From sequence record NC_054902.1: 64,000 bases of DNA; one strand, written 5' to 3'. Source of the stretch: Enterobacteria phage Aplg8. The notes under the pieces were generated by a model. The model did no database searches. It was not told where the DNA came from and was given only the letters and a program-made list of their open reading frames with translations. Below, in pieces: positions 47,887 to 59,621 of the stretch (its first letter is position 1; every line of letters begins with the position of its first letter). The position numbers were made by a program, and so were the translations under genes.

Positions 47887-48383
47887 AAAGTTTTAATAAC
47901 CTCTATAATATCGTCTTGAGAAAGACCGTTAATTAAAATATGATGTTCAGCTGGAGATTTAGAAATTTTAAAGCATGCCTCAACATCTTCTGCCATATCC
48001 GATGCACTACGATTTGGATTACTAATACCAAGGCGGTGTTTTCCCGTCAAAGGATTAACGATGATATAGCATTTGCAGCTATTGATATGAACATTGGGTT
48101 GAGTCTGATTAATGAACACTTCACAATCATACTTAGCGAGTTGATTTTCTAAAAAGACTTTCATCTCTTCAACCGCATCAGGAAGCATATCACGGGCTTG
48201 CTCAAGACGACGATTTCGATATTCTTTAATGGTCGTTTTCCGCTTGACTTGCTTAGCTAAATCTTTCTTAAGATCGGTGATATATCCAACTCGACGATTT
48301 CCTTTGAATACAGAAATCCCATCTGTAGTATCACCGTATGCTTCAACGACCATTTCAGTAGTAATAAGTTGTAAATCCATCAT
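47877..48383 (-). CDS. alc: Alc, inhibitor of host transcription on cytosine DNA
   Basis: 168-aa ORF in the T4 position between rnlA and the spanin/pseT cluster; early promoter cassette upstream. Confidence 0.75.
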   Translation of the reverse strand: MMDLQLITTEMVVEAYGDTTDGISVFKGNRRVGYITDLKKDLAKQVKRKTTIKEYRNRRLEQARDMLPDAVEEMKVFLENQLAKYDCEVFINQTQPNVHINSCKCYIIVNPLTGKHRLGISNPNRSASDMAEDVEACFKISKSPAEHHILINGLSQDDIIEVIKTLCN

Positions 48384-48411
48384 AAAGTCCTCATGTTATG
48401 TCAGTAAGACT

Positions 48412-48440
48412 ACTGTAACACAACACGAGGGACTTGTAAA
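48412..48440 (-). promoter_or_regulatory. sigma70-type early promoter (GTTTACA-N17-TACAGT), copy B of duplicated cassette
   Basis: 53/54 identical to the cassette at 33108-33161; directly upstream of the alc start. Confidence 0.6.
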
Positions 48441-48444
48441 CAGC

Positions 48445-50032
<1,588 letters not shown>

Positions 50033-50039
50033 AATAAAA

Positions 50040-50053
50040 TGGGCCTTGCGGCC
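50040..50053 (-). terminator. hairpin GGGCC-TTGC-GGCCC downstream of nrdB
   Basis: 5-bp GC stem between the nrdB stop and the denA start. Confidence 0.5.
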
Positions 50054-50059
50054 CACTCC

Positions 50060-51238
50060 TTAAAAGTATTTTTTAAAACTCATCATAACTTTATCATCAA
50101 CATCATTATCAATCTGTGCAACAAGATAAGATGACAGCTCTACTTCTTGCGGTGCAGATTGAACATTATCAGAATTAAGATATTCACGAATCCAAGGATA
50201 TGGATGTTTAACCGGAGCATCGGTAATTGGGCATGGAAGACCACACTGTTTCATACGAGATACAGTTAAGTAATCAATAAAGCTCCACATGCTATTTGTA
50301 TTTAATCCAGGAACATCGCCATCTTTAAATAAATGAACTGCCCAATCTTTTTCTTGGCGGTTAACTTCCATGAAAATATCAACTGCTTCTTGTTCACACT
50401 CTTGAGCAATTTTAACCCATTCATCGCCATCAGTACCAGATTGAAGTTGACGAATAATATATTGGGTGCCTTTAAGGTGAAGCTGTTCATCGCGTGCAAT
50501 GAACTTCATAATCTTGGCATTACCTTCCATGATTTCCATGTTCTTATGGAAGTTAAAGGTACATGCGAAAGATACATAAAAACGAATAGCTTCCAATGCA
50601 TTGATTACATGCAAACAGAGGTAAAGAGATTTCATTAGCTCACGCTTCCAATATGTCTCATGCTCAATAGCATCTTCAATAACGTCTTCGTCTGCATTAA
50701 TTTCTTTTTGGTATTCGATATCAGCTTTAGCGTTTTCCCAATAACGAGTTTTAATCAGAACATCATCATAATAACGTCCAATGGATTCAGCACGTTTCAT
50801 AATAGCTTCATCTAATACAATTTCATCAAATACCTTCGATGGATCAGTATAAAGATTTCGCATGATATGAGTATATGAACGACTGTGAATAGTTTCACTA
50901 AAAGTCCATGTAGCAACCCATGTATCAAGGCTTGGGTCTGAAATTAATGACATAAGTACAGCAGATGGCGCGCGACCCTGAATGCTATCTAAAAGTGATT
51001 GATACTTCAAGTTGTTAGTAAAAATATTTTGCTGATACTGAGGAAGCTTATTAAACTGTGCAGCATCCATCATCAAGTTTACTTCTTCGGGACGCCAAAA
51101 AAATGATAAAGATTTCTCAATAAGTTCTTCAAATACTCTATGTCGTTGAATATCATATCGAGCTAAACCCAATCCAGAACCAAAAAACATCGGCTCAGTC
51201 AAAATATTAACAGGGGATGTATTAAAAACTGTGCTCAT
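50060..51238 (-). CDS. nrdB: ribonucleotide reductase small subunit (uninterrupted)
   Basis: 392-aa continuous ORF with di-iron/tyrosyl radical R2 features; no intron. Confidence 0.93.
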   Translation of the reverse strand: MSTVFNTSPVNILTEPMFFGSGLGLARYDIQRHRVFEELIEKSLSFFWRPEEVNLMMDAAQFNKLPQYQQNIFTNNLKYQSLLDSIQGRAPSAVLMSLISDPSLDTWVATWTFSETIHSRSYTHIMRNLYTDPSKVFDEIVLDEAIMKRAESIGRYYDDVLIKTRYWENAKADIEYQKEINADEDVIEDAIEHETYWKRELMKSLYLCLHVINALEAIRFYVSFACTFNFHKNMEIMEGNAKIMKFIARDEQLHLKGTQYIIRQLQSGTDGDEWVKIAQECEQEAVDIFMEVNRQEKDWAVHLFKDGDVPGLNTNSMWSFIDYLTVSRMKQCGLPCPITDAPVKHPYPWIREYLNSDNVQSAPQEVELSSYLVAQIDNDVDDKVMMSFKKYF

Positions 51239-51968
51239 AAATTTTCCTCTTTAAAATTCTGCCGCGTTTCCAACCTGGCGGTATAATATCATCTTTACCT
51301 ATAAGCGTGCATTCACTTCCATTATTAATCCATTTCTTACCGCGGATTCCTTTATAATCTCTTGGTTGTATTTTATCAAACTTTGCATCAAGTTGATATG
51401 ACCATCTAAATCCATAGGCATATTGAAATTTACCCTCAGCACAATATTTGATATTTGACCCGTTTCCATTAACTGACCTGGACGCTGCCGCAATAGAGTG
51501 AAAGGTTTCTATGAAATCCCCATCTAATGAGAATTTATGTATTTCGATAGATGGGCATGCATACCTATTCACGTTTGATACATGTTGTTTAGTTTCGTTT
51601 TTATGATGCTTGCCTAACATTCCTCTAGGATGAGGATTATTTTTCCAATATTTCTTAAAGAAATCAGAATTAGCTTTAGCAAATAATTTTCTGTGCAAGC
51701 TATACAATCTGTTATTAATTCTATTACCAGCTTTATCTGTTGCCATTAACGTTAACGCAGAGGCAAGCCCAAAATGGCCTTCATTTATCTTACATAGTAA
51801 TAGATGCGCTATAAAATGTTCTCTAGCTGTTAATTCAACTAAATTTTCTTTATCATCAGAACCTCCCATGCATTTAGGGACTATATGATGTGTCTCTTTA
51901 TATTCAGATAAAGGTTCCCGAGCCTGAGCTCGGGAAATTAGGTCATTATAGATTTTTTGATAATTCAT
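51222..51968 (-). CDS. mobE: HNH homing endonuclease (MobE-like) between nrdA and nrdB
   Basis: 248-aa ORF; HNH motif HHIVPKCMGGSDDKENLVELTAREH; C-terminal basic DNA-binding region; ATGA overlap with nrdA. Confidence 0.75.
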   Translation of the reverse strand: MNYQKIYNDLISRAQAREPLSEYKETHHIVPKCMGGSDDKENLVELTAREHFIAHLLLCKINEGHFGLASALTLMATDKAGNRINNRLYSLHRKLFAKANSDFFKKYWKNNPHPRGMLGKHHKNETKQHVSNVNRYACPSIEIHKFSLDGDFIETFHSIAAASRSVNGNGSNIKYCAEGKFQYAYGFRWSYQLDAKFDKIQPRDYKGIRGKKWINNGSECTLIGKDDIIPPGWKRGRILKRKIYEHSF

Positions 51969-54232
51969 TACAATTTACACGCTGCACAATCGTCGGCTTT
52001 AGGAGTTTCTATTTCATAATCATCAGTACCAGAACCATCACGGGTATTATGATAATAGAAATTTTTAATGCCATAATACCATCCATATAGCATGTCATCA
52101 ATCATTATTGACATTGGAACCTTTCCTTTTGGAAAAATCTGCGGGTCATAGTATGTATTCGCCGAAGCTGATTGACAAACCCATTTCAGCATAATAGCTA
52201 CCTGTGTAAGATAAGGTTTATTACCTTTCTTAGCTAATTTCCATGTATAGTCGTAAAGGTCTATGTTATGCTCAATATTGGGCACGACCTGATTAAAGGA
52301 GCCCTCTTTTGATTCTTTAACAGAGACTGGTCCACGTGGAGGCTCGATACCGTTTGTACTGTTAGAAACTTGGGAAGATGACTCACATGGCATAAGTGCT
52401 GATAATGTGCTATTACGGATGCCAAAGAGCTTAAGGTCTTCCCGCAGCGCCGACCAGTCACAAACGTATTTTGGAGCTGCGATTTGGTCAATCTTTTTAT
52501 TGTACCAGTCGATAGGTAATTCGCCTCGAGACCAACGAGTGTCTGAATAATATTCGCAAGGTCCTTTTTCTTTGGCGAGCTTAATGGATGCTTTAATGAG
52601 TCCATATTGTAATCTCTCAAATAGTTCATGTGTTAAATCGTTAGCATCTTCATAAGAAGCAAAGTTACTTGCCAGCCAAGCTGCATAGTTAGTAACACCT
52701 ACACCGAGGTTACGACGCTTTTTAGCTTTTTCTGCTTCAGGAACTGGATATCCTTGGTAATCCAAAAGATTATCAAGAGCACGAACTTGGACTTCTGCCA
52801 ATTCATTAATTTTATCTTGGTCTTGCCAGTCAAAATTATCCAGTACGAATGCAGAGAGAGTACACAATCCAATTTCAGCATCAGGACTATTCACATCATT
52901 TGTTGGAATAGCAATTTCACAGCACAAGTTACTCTGACGAATAGGTGCCTTTTCACGAATAAATGGAGTATAGTTATTCGTATTATCAATGAACTGCACA
53001 TAAATCCTTGCTGTTCCTGAACGTTCAGTCATGAGCAATTCAAATAGTTCACGGGCTTTAATACGCTTTTTGCGAATATTAGGGTCTTTTTCTGCTGCTT
53101 CGTATAATTCACGGAAACGGTCTTGGTCTTTAAAATAAGAATAATAAAGCTCGCCACCCATTTCATGCGGACTGAACAAAGTAATGTAATCGTTCTTTCC
53201 GAATCGTTCCATCATCAAATCATTCAGCTGAACACCATAATCCATGTGACGAATGCGGTTTTCTTCTACGCCTTTGTTATTTTTCAAAACGAGAAGATTT
53301 TCAACTTCCAAATGCCAAATAGGATAATAAGCAGTAGCAGCGCCGCCACGAATTCCACCCTGTGAGCATGATTTAACTGCAGTCTGAAAATGTTTCCAAA
53401 AAGGAATAACACCAGTATGGCGTACTTCACCCATGCCAATCTTAGAACCTTCAGCACGAATCATACCAACGTTAATACCAATTCCAGCGCGTTTAGAGAT
53501 ATATTCAACAATTGAAGCGGAAGCCTTATTGATAGACTTTAATGAATCACCTGCTTCAATAACAACGCATGAACTAAACTGCCGAGTTGGAGTACGGCAA
53601 CCAGCCATAATAGGAGTTGGTAGTGAAATCTGTCGAGTAGATACTGCTTCATAAAAACGAATAACGTGTTTTAATCTATCAACAGGTTCATCTTGATGCA
53701 ATGCCATTCCAATAGTCATAAATGCAAACTGTGGAGTTTCATAAATTTGACCGGTGGTTTTATCTTTGACTAGATATTTTTCTTTTAATTGCATCGCTCC
53801 GGAATAAGTAAATTCCATATCCCGCTCGTGCTTAATTTTTGATTCTAAAAATGTAATTTCTTCCGCAGAATATTTTGACAATAATTCAGGGTCATATTTC
53901 CCTTCATTTACGCAATAAGAAATATGGTCAATAAATGAACGCGGTTCATACTGCCCGTAAACATGCTTACGAAGAGCAAACATTAAACAGCGTGCAGCTA
54001 CATATTGATAATCAGGCTCTTCAACCGAAATAGAATTCGCAGCAGCCTTAATGACAATAGTCTGAATATCATCAGTTGTCATTCCATCACGGAGATAAGA
54101 TTTAATATTTTCATATAATTCATAAGGATCTACTGATGTTCCCTCAGCTGCCCAAGATAAAACTTTAATAATTTTTTGTGGGTCAAAGCTCTGAGAAACA
54201 CCACTACTTTTGGTAACATTAATTAATTGCAT
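51968..54232 (-). CDS. nrdA: ribonucleotide reductase large subunit
   Basis: 754-aa ORF; class Ia R1 with C-terminal redox cysteines (CAACKL). Confidence 0.96.
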   Translation of the reverse strand: MQLINVTKSSGVSQSFDPQKIIKVLSWAAEGTSVDPYELYENIKSYLRDGMTTDDIQTIVIKAAANSISVEEPDYQYVAARCLMFALRKHVYGQYEPRSFIDHISYCVNEGKYDPELLSKYSAEEITFLESKIKHERDMEFTYSGAMQLKEKYLVKDKTTGQIYETPQFAFMTIGMALHQDEPVDRLKHVIRFYEAVSTRQISLPTPIMAGCRTPTRQFSSCVVIEAGDSLKSINKASASIVEYISKRAGIGINVGMIRAEGSKIGMGEVRHTGVIPFWKHFQTAVKSCSQGGIRGGAATAYYPIWHLEVENLLVLKNNKGVEENRIRHMDYGVQLNDLMMERFGKNDYITLFSPHEMGGELYYSYFKDQDRFRELYEAAEKDPNIRKKRIKARELFELLMTERSGTARIYVQFIDNTNNYTPFIREKAPIRQSNLCCEIAIPTNDVNSPDAEIGLCTLSAFVLDNFDWQDQDKINELAEVQVRALDNLLDYQGYPVPEAEKAKKRRNLGVGVTNYAAWLASNFASYEDANDLTHELFERLQYGLIKASIKLAKEKGPCEYYSDTRWSRGELPIDWYNKKIDQIAAPKYVCDWSALREDLKLFGIRNSTLSALMPCESSSQVSNSTNGIEPPRGPVSVKESKEGSFNQVVPNIEHNIDLYDYTWKLAKKGNKPYLTQVAIMLKWVCQSASANTYYDPQIFPKGKVPMSIMIDDMLYGWYYGIKNFYYHNTRDGSGTDDYEIETPKADDCAACKL

Positions 54233-54549
54233 AAGTCCTCAACTTGAAAATCGTCTTTAAACAATCGGTTAACTATATGAGCTATTATATCACCATGACA
54301 CGGCTTTGGTTTACATGTGCATCCTAGCCTCATTCCACGTAAAGGCTCTAAATGTGCTTTAGTTATTTCTCCGGATTTAATTCGACGTATAAAATCTTTT
54401 TTGAATAATTCAATGGCAGCCTCCCGGCTGCCAGCATCTTTACCGACGTAATTTCCCCAAAATGTACCACGGTGAATATTAACATCAAAGTCGGATTTGT
54501 ATTTATTCACTACCCGGCATAGACGGCCCACGCTGGAATAATTCGTCAT
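54223..54549 (-). CDS. hypothetical protein (T4 nrdA.1 position) with conserved Cys/His cluster
   Basis: 108-aa ORF; C-x-C...C-H-G-D segment. Confidence 0.6.
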
Positions 54550-54778
54550 ATTGTTTTTCCGTTAATACAGTAATATCATAGTAACAATCGGAAGAAGTTT
54601 TAACTGTGGAAATTTTATTATCAAAATACTCACGAGTCATTTTATGAGTATAGTATTTTTTACCATAAATGGTAATAGGCTGTTCTGGTCCTGGAACTTC
54701 TAACTCGCTTGGGTTAGGAAGTGTAAAAAGAACAACACCAGAAGTATCTTTAAATCGTAAAATCATATATCCTCGCAA
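54503..54778 (-). CDS. hypothetical protein (T4 nrdA.2 position)
   Basis: 91-aa ORF. Confidence 0.55.
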
Positions 54779-54786
54779 TAATAAAA

Positions 54787-55647
54787 TTACACCGCCATCT
54801 TTCCTTTAATAGGAGGGTGTGATTCATAGTTGTTAAGAATAAAATTATGCGGCTTTGCGAATTGACTCAACCAAAATACCTGCGATTCTGTGTCCCATTC
54901 ATCAAATTCATCTGGAAATTTTAATTGCAATTCGCATAAATCCATAGGTTCACGACGCAAAATTTCTTTACATTGCTCTACGTGATTCATATAGATATGA
55001 GTATTACCACCAGAAAATATCAAATCTCCGGGAATAAGATTACACATCTTAGCTACAATATGCGTCAAGGCAGCGTACGAGGCAATGTTGAATGGCAAGC
55101 CCAAGAAAACATCTACACTTCTTTGGTACCACTGCAAATCCAAATAGCCATTACGCACATTAAACTGATAGAACATATGACAAGGCGGTAATGCCATATA
55201 TTTAAGTTCAGCTGGATTCCACGCAGAAACAATTTGACGCCTATCATTCGGCAGTTTTTTAATACGATCAATAACTTCTACAATTTGGTCTACACCGCCA
55301 AAATCACGCCATTGTTTTCCATAAATTGGACCAAGTTCACCGCTATGGTATCCTAAATCTTTTGCCTGATTTTCGTAATTTTCATCCCAAACTGTTTTGC
55401 CTTGGATTAATGAATCATGCTGAATTAATCGTAAATCATTGACATTTGTGCTTCCTGACAAAAACCATATTAACTCAGCAATGCATGCATTCCAGGCGAG
55501 CTTTTTAGTTGTTACTGCAGGAAAACCTTTGGTTAAATCCCAACGCAATTTAGTACCGAACAAAGCAATTGTTCCTGTGCCTGTTCGGTCATCGGTTTCA
55601 TAACCATTTTCAAAAATGTCTTTAATTAAATCTTGGTATTGTTTCAT
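54787..55647 (-). CDS. td: thymidylate synthase (uninterrupted)
   Basis: 286-aa continuous ORF; active-site region PPCH..FYQ; no intron. Confidence 0.96.
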
Positions 55648-55684
55648 TTAGTACCTTATATAAATTATAATACATTTTATGAAG

Positions 55685-56050
55685 CTAATAATTAAACGGT
55701 TTAGCATCAAATTTTCTCTCAATTTCAGGCGTGAAATATAATTCTTTACCGCGTTTGGAAAAACGACCAATAATATGATAATTATTCTCATCAAACGTGA
55801 TATTGCCGATATCCATAGCTTTCAACCAAATATCGATATTTCTGTCAAGCTTTATATCAAAATTCCAATACGGAGAACTATTACCAAAAATACTGCAAGC
55901 GGATTCAGTGAAACAACTGCTATAAATTTTGTCTTTAGGAACTATTAATTGATAGACGCCTTTAATAAACTGAGGACCTTGCCATTTTGGTTGTTTCGCG
56001 TCTTTTTCTAATAGAATAGGGTAATAATTAAAATTCATATTTTCCGCCAC
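55685..56050 (-). CDS. hypothetical protein inserted between frd and td
   Basis: 121-aa ORF filling a 411-bp gap between the frd stop and the td start. Confidence 0.6.
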   Translation of the reverse strand: MAENMNFNYYPILLEKDAKQPKWQGPQFIKGVYQLIVPKDKIYSSCFTESACSIFGNSSPYWNFDIKLDRNIDIWLKAMDIGNITFDENNYHIIGRFSKRGKELYFTPEIERKFDAKPFNY

Positions 56051-56058
56051 GTATTATT

Positions 56059-56881
<823 letters not shown>

Positions 56882-56885
<4 letters not shown>

Positions 56886-57241
56886 ATTACCTCCCACTGA
56901 AAGGGGCCAGAAGCAAATCCGCTATCTTTAATCATTTTAACTAAAGTTACCATTCCTCTGTTAACTGCTTGCGCGATTTCATCAAAAACTTCATCACTAT
57001 CACCATAAAGATCGCTAAAAAGTTCTAACACATTCTTCTGAACTTTTAATTTACAGCCAACAAATTCGCCTACAGTAAATTCGTTTCCGCCAACTCCAGC
57101 GTAAAACGTAATTACACCAGTTAATGGTCTTTCACTAGAACATAGGTCGTGTGATAAATTAATATAAGCCGTCCCGGGTACAGTTTTAAGTTGGCAACGA
57201 ATACTTACTCGAGCAATTCCAGCTACATGAATGTCAGACAT
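56882..57241 (-). CDS. hypothetical protein (T4 frd.2 position)
   Basis: 119-aa ORF. Confidence 0.6.
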
Positions 57242-57251
57242 AGTATTTTCC

Positions 57252-57494
57252 TCAAATAGACTTTTTCACAATTTTCCAATCAGCTTTAAACTGATCAACG
57301 TCAGAGTGATAAATCCAAAATCCTGCGCTTTCACCGTCTTCATAAAGCGGACACCCATCGCATTCATCTTCCCATCCCATATCACGCAAAAGATGTTCAG
57401 CTTTTTCAATGAGTTCAGAATCTTTACCGATGATATTAAAATACCATTTACCTCTAACTTCTGAATCTTTGATGCTCTGACGTTGTAATCTCAT
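57252..57494 (-). CDS. hypothetical protein (T4 frd.3 position)
   Basis: 80 aa from the ATG at 57494 preceded by AGGAG; the longer track ORF would start inside the upstream promoter. Confidence 0.6.
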   Translation of the reverse strand: MRLQRQSIKDSEVRGKWYFNIIGKDSELIEKAEHLLRDMGWEDECDGCPLYEDGESAGFWIYHSDVDQFKADWKIVKKSI

Positions 57495-57515
57495 TTTATT
57501 CTCCTTAGTTGATAA

Positions 57516-57549
57516 GGCTATAGTATCACTACCATAGCCTGTTGTAAAC
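57516..57549 (-). promoter_or_regulatory. early promoter (GTTTAC-N18-TACTAT) with -10 inside a 10-bp inverted repeat
   Basis: plus GGCTATAGTA tcac TACCATAGCC; minus-strand -35 at 57544-57549. Confidence 0.55.
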
Positions 57550-57551
57550 AA

Positions 57552-57854
57552 TTATTTTTGAATTTTATCAAGCCACTTACCAAGCTTAATCATTTCTTTA
57601 GTAGCCTTTTCCATACTTCTGAACTTAACCAATAGAGGATAGGTATCGACACCCATAACTAAGCTAGTTACAAGACTGTGTTCACCCACAAGCCATAACG
57701 AATACGTTTGAATATCGAGCCCGTAATTTCTGTCTTTATGGACCCGTACACCCATCACTTCAAATTTCTCACTAGCTTTTTCTACCGCATCCAGGAAATC
57801 ATCTTTAGTCATATTAGGCCTTAAAAGTTTTTCGCAAAAGTTCAATGATTTCAT
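57552..57854 (-). CDS. hypothetical protein
   Basis: 100-aa ORF; the start may instead be the ATG at 57812 (TAA-ATG junction with the upstream ORF). Confidence 0.5.
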   Translation of the reverse strand: MKSLNFCEKLLRPNMTKDDFLDAVEKASEKFEVMGVRVHKDRNYGLDIQTYSLWLVGEHSLVTSLVMGVDTYPLLVKFRSMEKATKEMIKLGKWLDKIQK

Positions 57855-58194
57855 CTACATTGTTTTCGTCAACAATACAGTGAATTTTTGTTACGCCAGA
57901 AACCTTGTCTTTGACTTCATCTTTTTCAGAAGTCGGTTCTTTATACTCACGAAAACAATGAAATTCGTCTTCGCAAATTTCTAAAAGTCTATCTTTGAGG
58001 TAAAAATGCTTTCCATTTGCGCATTCAATGTGTTTTACTGCTTTATATCCATTAGCGACGGAAACTTCTTTAACTTCAAACCATCCGCCATTATCTCGAA
58101 TCGCTTTAACTATTGATGAATTAGAACGTGGGCTATAATTAATAAATGTATCAATAAGTCTTGGAACAAGCTCATACTTTTTGCCGATATACAT
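57814..58194 (-). CDS. hypothetical protein
   Basis: 126 aa from the ATG at 58194 with GAGGAAA Shine-Dalgarno; a hairpin at 58215-58232 lies between this start and the upstream ORF. Confidence 0.55.
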   Translation of the reverse strand: MYIGKKYELVPRLIDTFINYSPRSNSSIVKAIRDNGGWFEVKEVSVANGYKAVKHIECANGKHFYLKDRLLEICEDEFHCFREYKEPTSEKDEVKDKVSGVTKIHCIVDENNVDEIIELLRKTFKA

Positions 58195-58240
58195 TACGGT
58201 TTCCTCATTTTGATAGGGGCTTGATAGAGCCCCTTGATAA

Positions 58241-58468
58241 TTATTGTTCAATCAATCCCATGTAAAATTCTGCGTCTTCAGAATCCATGCCATCACAATA
58301 TTCATTAGCCATAAAGCGGGTGAGGTCTTCAAGAGGACCTTCAATAACGATTTGAATACTCCAAAACTTAGAATCTTGCACGCTTGTGATACTAAGTTCA
58401 GGATAACGATTACGAATAATTTCTTCAATATATTCAAAATCAACGATGTCAATATCAACTTTAGCCAT
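58241..58468 (-). CDS. hypothetical protein
   Basis: 75 aa from the ATG at 58468 ([11 protein letters not shown]...) with GAGGAAAATAAT upstream; early promoter at 58512-58541. Confidence 0.55.
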   Translation of the reverse strand: MAKVDIDIVDFEYIEEIIRNRYPELSITSVQDSKFWSIQIVIEGPLEDLTRFMANEYCDGMDSEDAEFYMGLIEQ

Positions 58469-58511
58469 ATTATTTTCCTCTTTAATCATCAGCAGTATTG
58501 CCGATAGTTGT

Positions 58512-58541
58512 ATAGTACCATGGAAGGACAAGGATGTAAAC
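58512..58541 (-). promoter_or_regulatory. early promoter (GTTTAC-N18-TACTAT)
   Basis: minus-strand reading GTTTACA tccttgtccttccatgg TACTAT downstream of the gene 32 terminator. Confidence 0.5.
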
Positions 58542-58571
58542 CGTTTTGTGAAAAAAATTTGAAATAAAAAA

Positions 58572-58591
58572 GGGGACCTCTAAAGGTCCCC
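58572..58591 (-). terminator. gene 32 intrinsic terminator (GGGGACC-loop-GGTCCCC + U-tract on minus strand)
   Basis: plus strand AAAAAAGGGGACCTCTAAAGGTCCCC, 23 nt past the gene 32 stop. Confidence 0.7.
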
Positions 58592-58613
58592 AATTAATTA
58601 GTAATATAATCTA

Positions 58614-59522
58614 TTAAAGGTCATTCAAAAGGTCATCCAGGTCCGTGTCATCAGCACTAGATGAACTGCCAGAGCTTGAGCTCATAAAATCATCTTCAGT
58701 TTTTGTATTGAAGTCATCAACATTGAATGCATCCAAATCATCAGCAACTTTATCAGCTTTCTTAGCAGCAGTTGCAGCGGCACCGCCCATCACAGCAGTT
58801 CCCATAACTTGACCGAATTTAGTGCTCAGTTCTTCAAACGATTTGAATTTATCTTTAGAAGTCATTTCAGAAAGGTCAACCATTTGTTCGAACAGTTCTT
58901 TCTGGAAAGATTCATCGTCAATGTTTGGAATCGCAGATTGATTCAGGAATTTAGATTCGTCGTAGTTACTAAATCCAGAAACCTGTTTAACTTTCAGTAC
59001 AAAGTTAGCACCTTCCCACGGACAAGTTACATCAACCGGAGTTTCACCCATTTCAACATCAACTGCAATCATTGCATTGATTTTATCCCAGATTTTCTTA
59101 CCGAAACGGTATTTAAATACTTTACCTTCATTTTCTGGAGCAGCTGGGTCTTTTACTACAAGAATGTTAGCCCAGTAAGAAGTTTTACGTTTAACAAGAC
59201 TGTACTCTTTATTGTCAGTGTTGTACAAATCATTTTTACTGATGTACTGACATACTGGACAAGAATCGTAATCACCGTGGGTAGATGAACAGTTTTCAAT
59301 ATACCATTTACCATTTTTCTTGAAACCGTGATTTACAAGAATTGCGAATGGTGCTTGTTCATCATTTTTAGACGGAAGAAAACGAATTACTGCTTGACCG
59401 TTACCCGCATTGTCGAGTTTCAGCTTCCACTCGCCTTTATCTTCAGAAGAAAAACCACCTTTATTTCCAGCCAGTTTAGCCATTTGTGCAGCGAGTTCAG
59501 CAGTAGATTTACGTTTAAACAT
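58614..59522 (-). CDS. 32: single-stranded DNA-binding protein gp32
   Basis: 302-aa ORF; Zn-binding H/C cluster; acidic Ser/Asp-rich C-terminal tail; sequence matches T4 gp32 as I recall it. Confidence 0.96.
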   Translation of the reverse strand: MFKRKSTAELAAQMAKLAGNKGGFSSEDKGEWKLKLDNAGNGQAVIRFLPSKNDEQAPFAILVNHGFKKNGKWYIENCSSTHGDYDSCPVCQYISKNDLYNTDNKEYSLVKRKTSYWANILVVKDPAAPENEGKVFKYRFGKKIWDKINAMIAVDVEMGETPVDVTCPWEGANFVLKVKQVSGFSNYDESKFLNQSAIPNIDDESFQKELFEQMVDLSEMTSKDKFKSFEELSTKFGQVMGTAVMGGAAATAAKKADKVADDLDAFNVDDFNTKTEDDFMSSSSGSSSSADDTDLDDLLNDL

Positions 59523-59600
59523 TTTTATTTCCTTTTTAATTTAATTAACAGTTGGTGCTATGACGATGTATGACCTCATAGCTGGTCAGTGAGATAATTA
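59523..59600 (-). promoter_or_regulatory. gene 32 autoregulatory translational operator (pseudoknot + A/U-rich unstructured leader)
   Basis: minus-strand leader ...GACCAGCUAUGAGGUCAUACAUCGUCAUAGCACCAACUGUUAAUUAAAUUAAAAAGGAAAUAAAAAUG: nested complementarity GCUAUGA/UCAUAGC and UGACC/GGUCA, then UUAAAUUAAA repeats before the AUG. Confidence 0.65.
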
Positions 59601-59621
59601 TAATTTATTTATAATAAGCAA

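Noticed and set aside
52261-53654. Several 60-122-aa ORFs on both strands inside nrdA
   Set aside because: All nested within or antisense to the 754-aa nrdA reading frame
57814-58251. Possible degenerate GIY-YIG remnant (YIGKKYELV) in the 126-145-aa ORF
   Set aside because: Only a single YIG-like tripeptide, with no GIY partner or downstream catalytic Arg/Glu/Asn pattern; too weak to call a nuclease
58809-59573. 159-aa and 81-aa plus-strand ORFs opposite gene 32
   Set aside because: Antisense to gp32; Phe/Ser/Val-rich translations typical of reverse-frame artefacts
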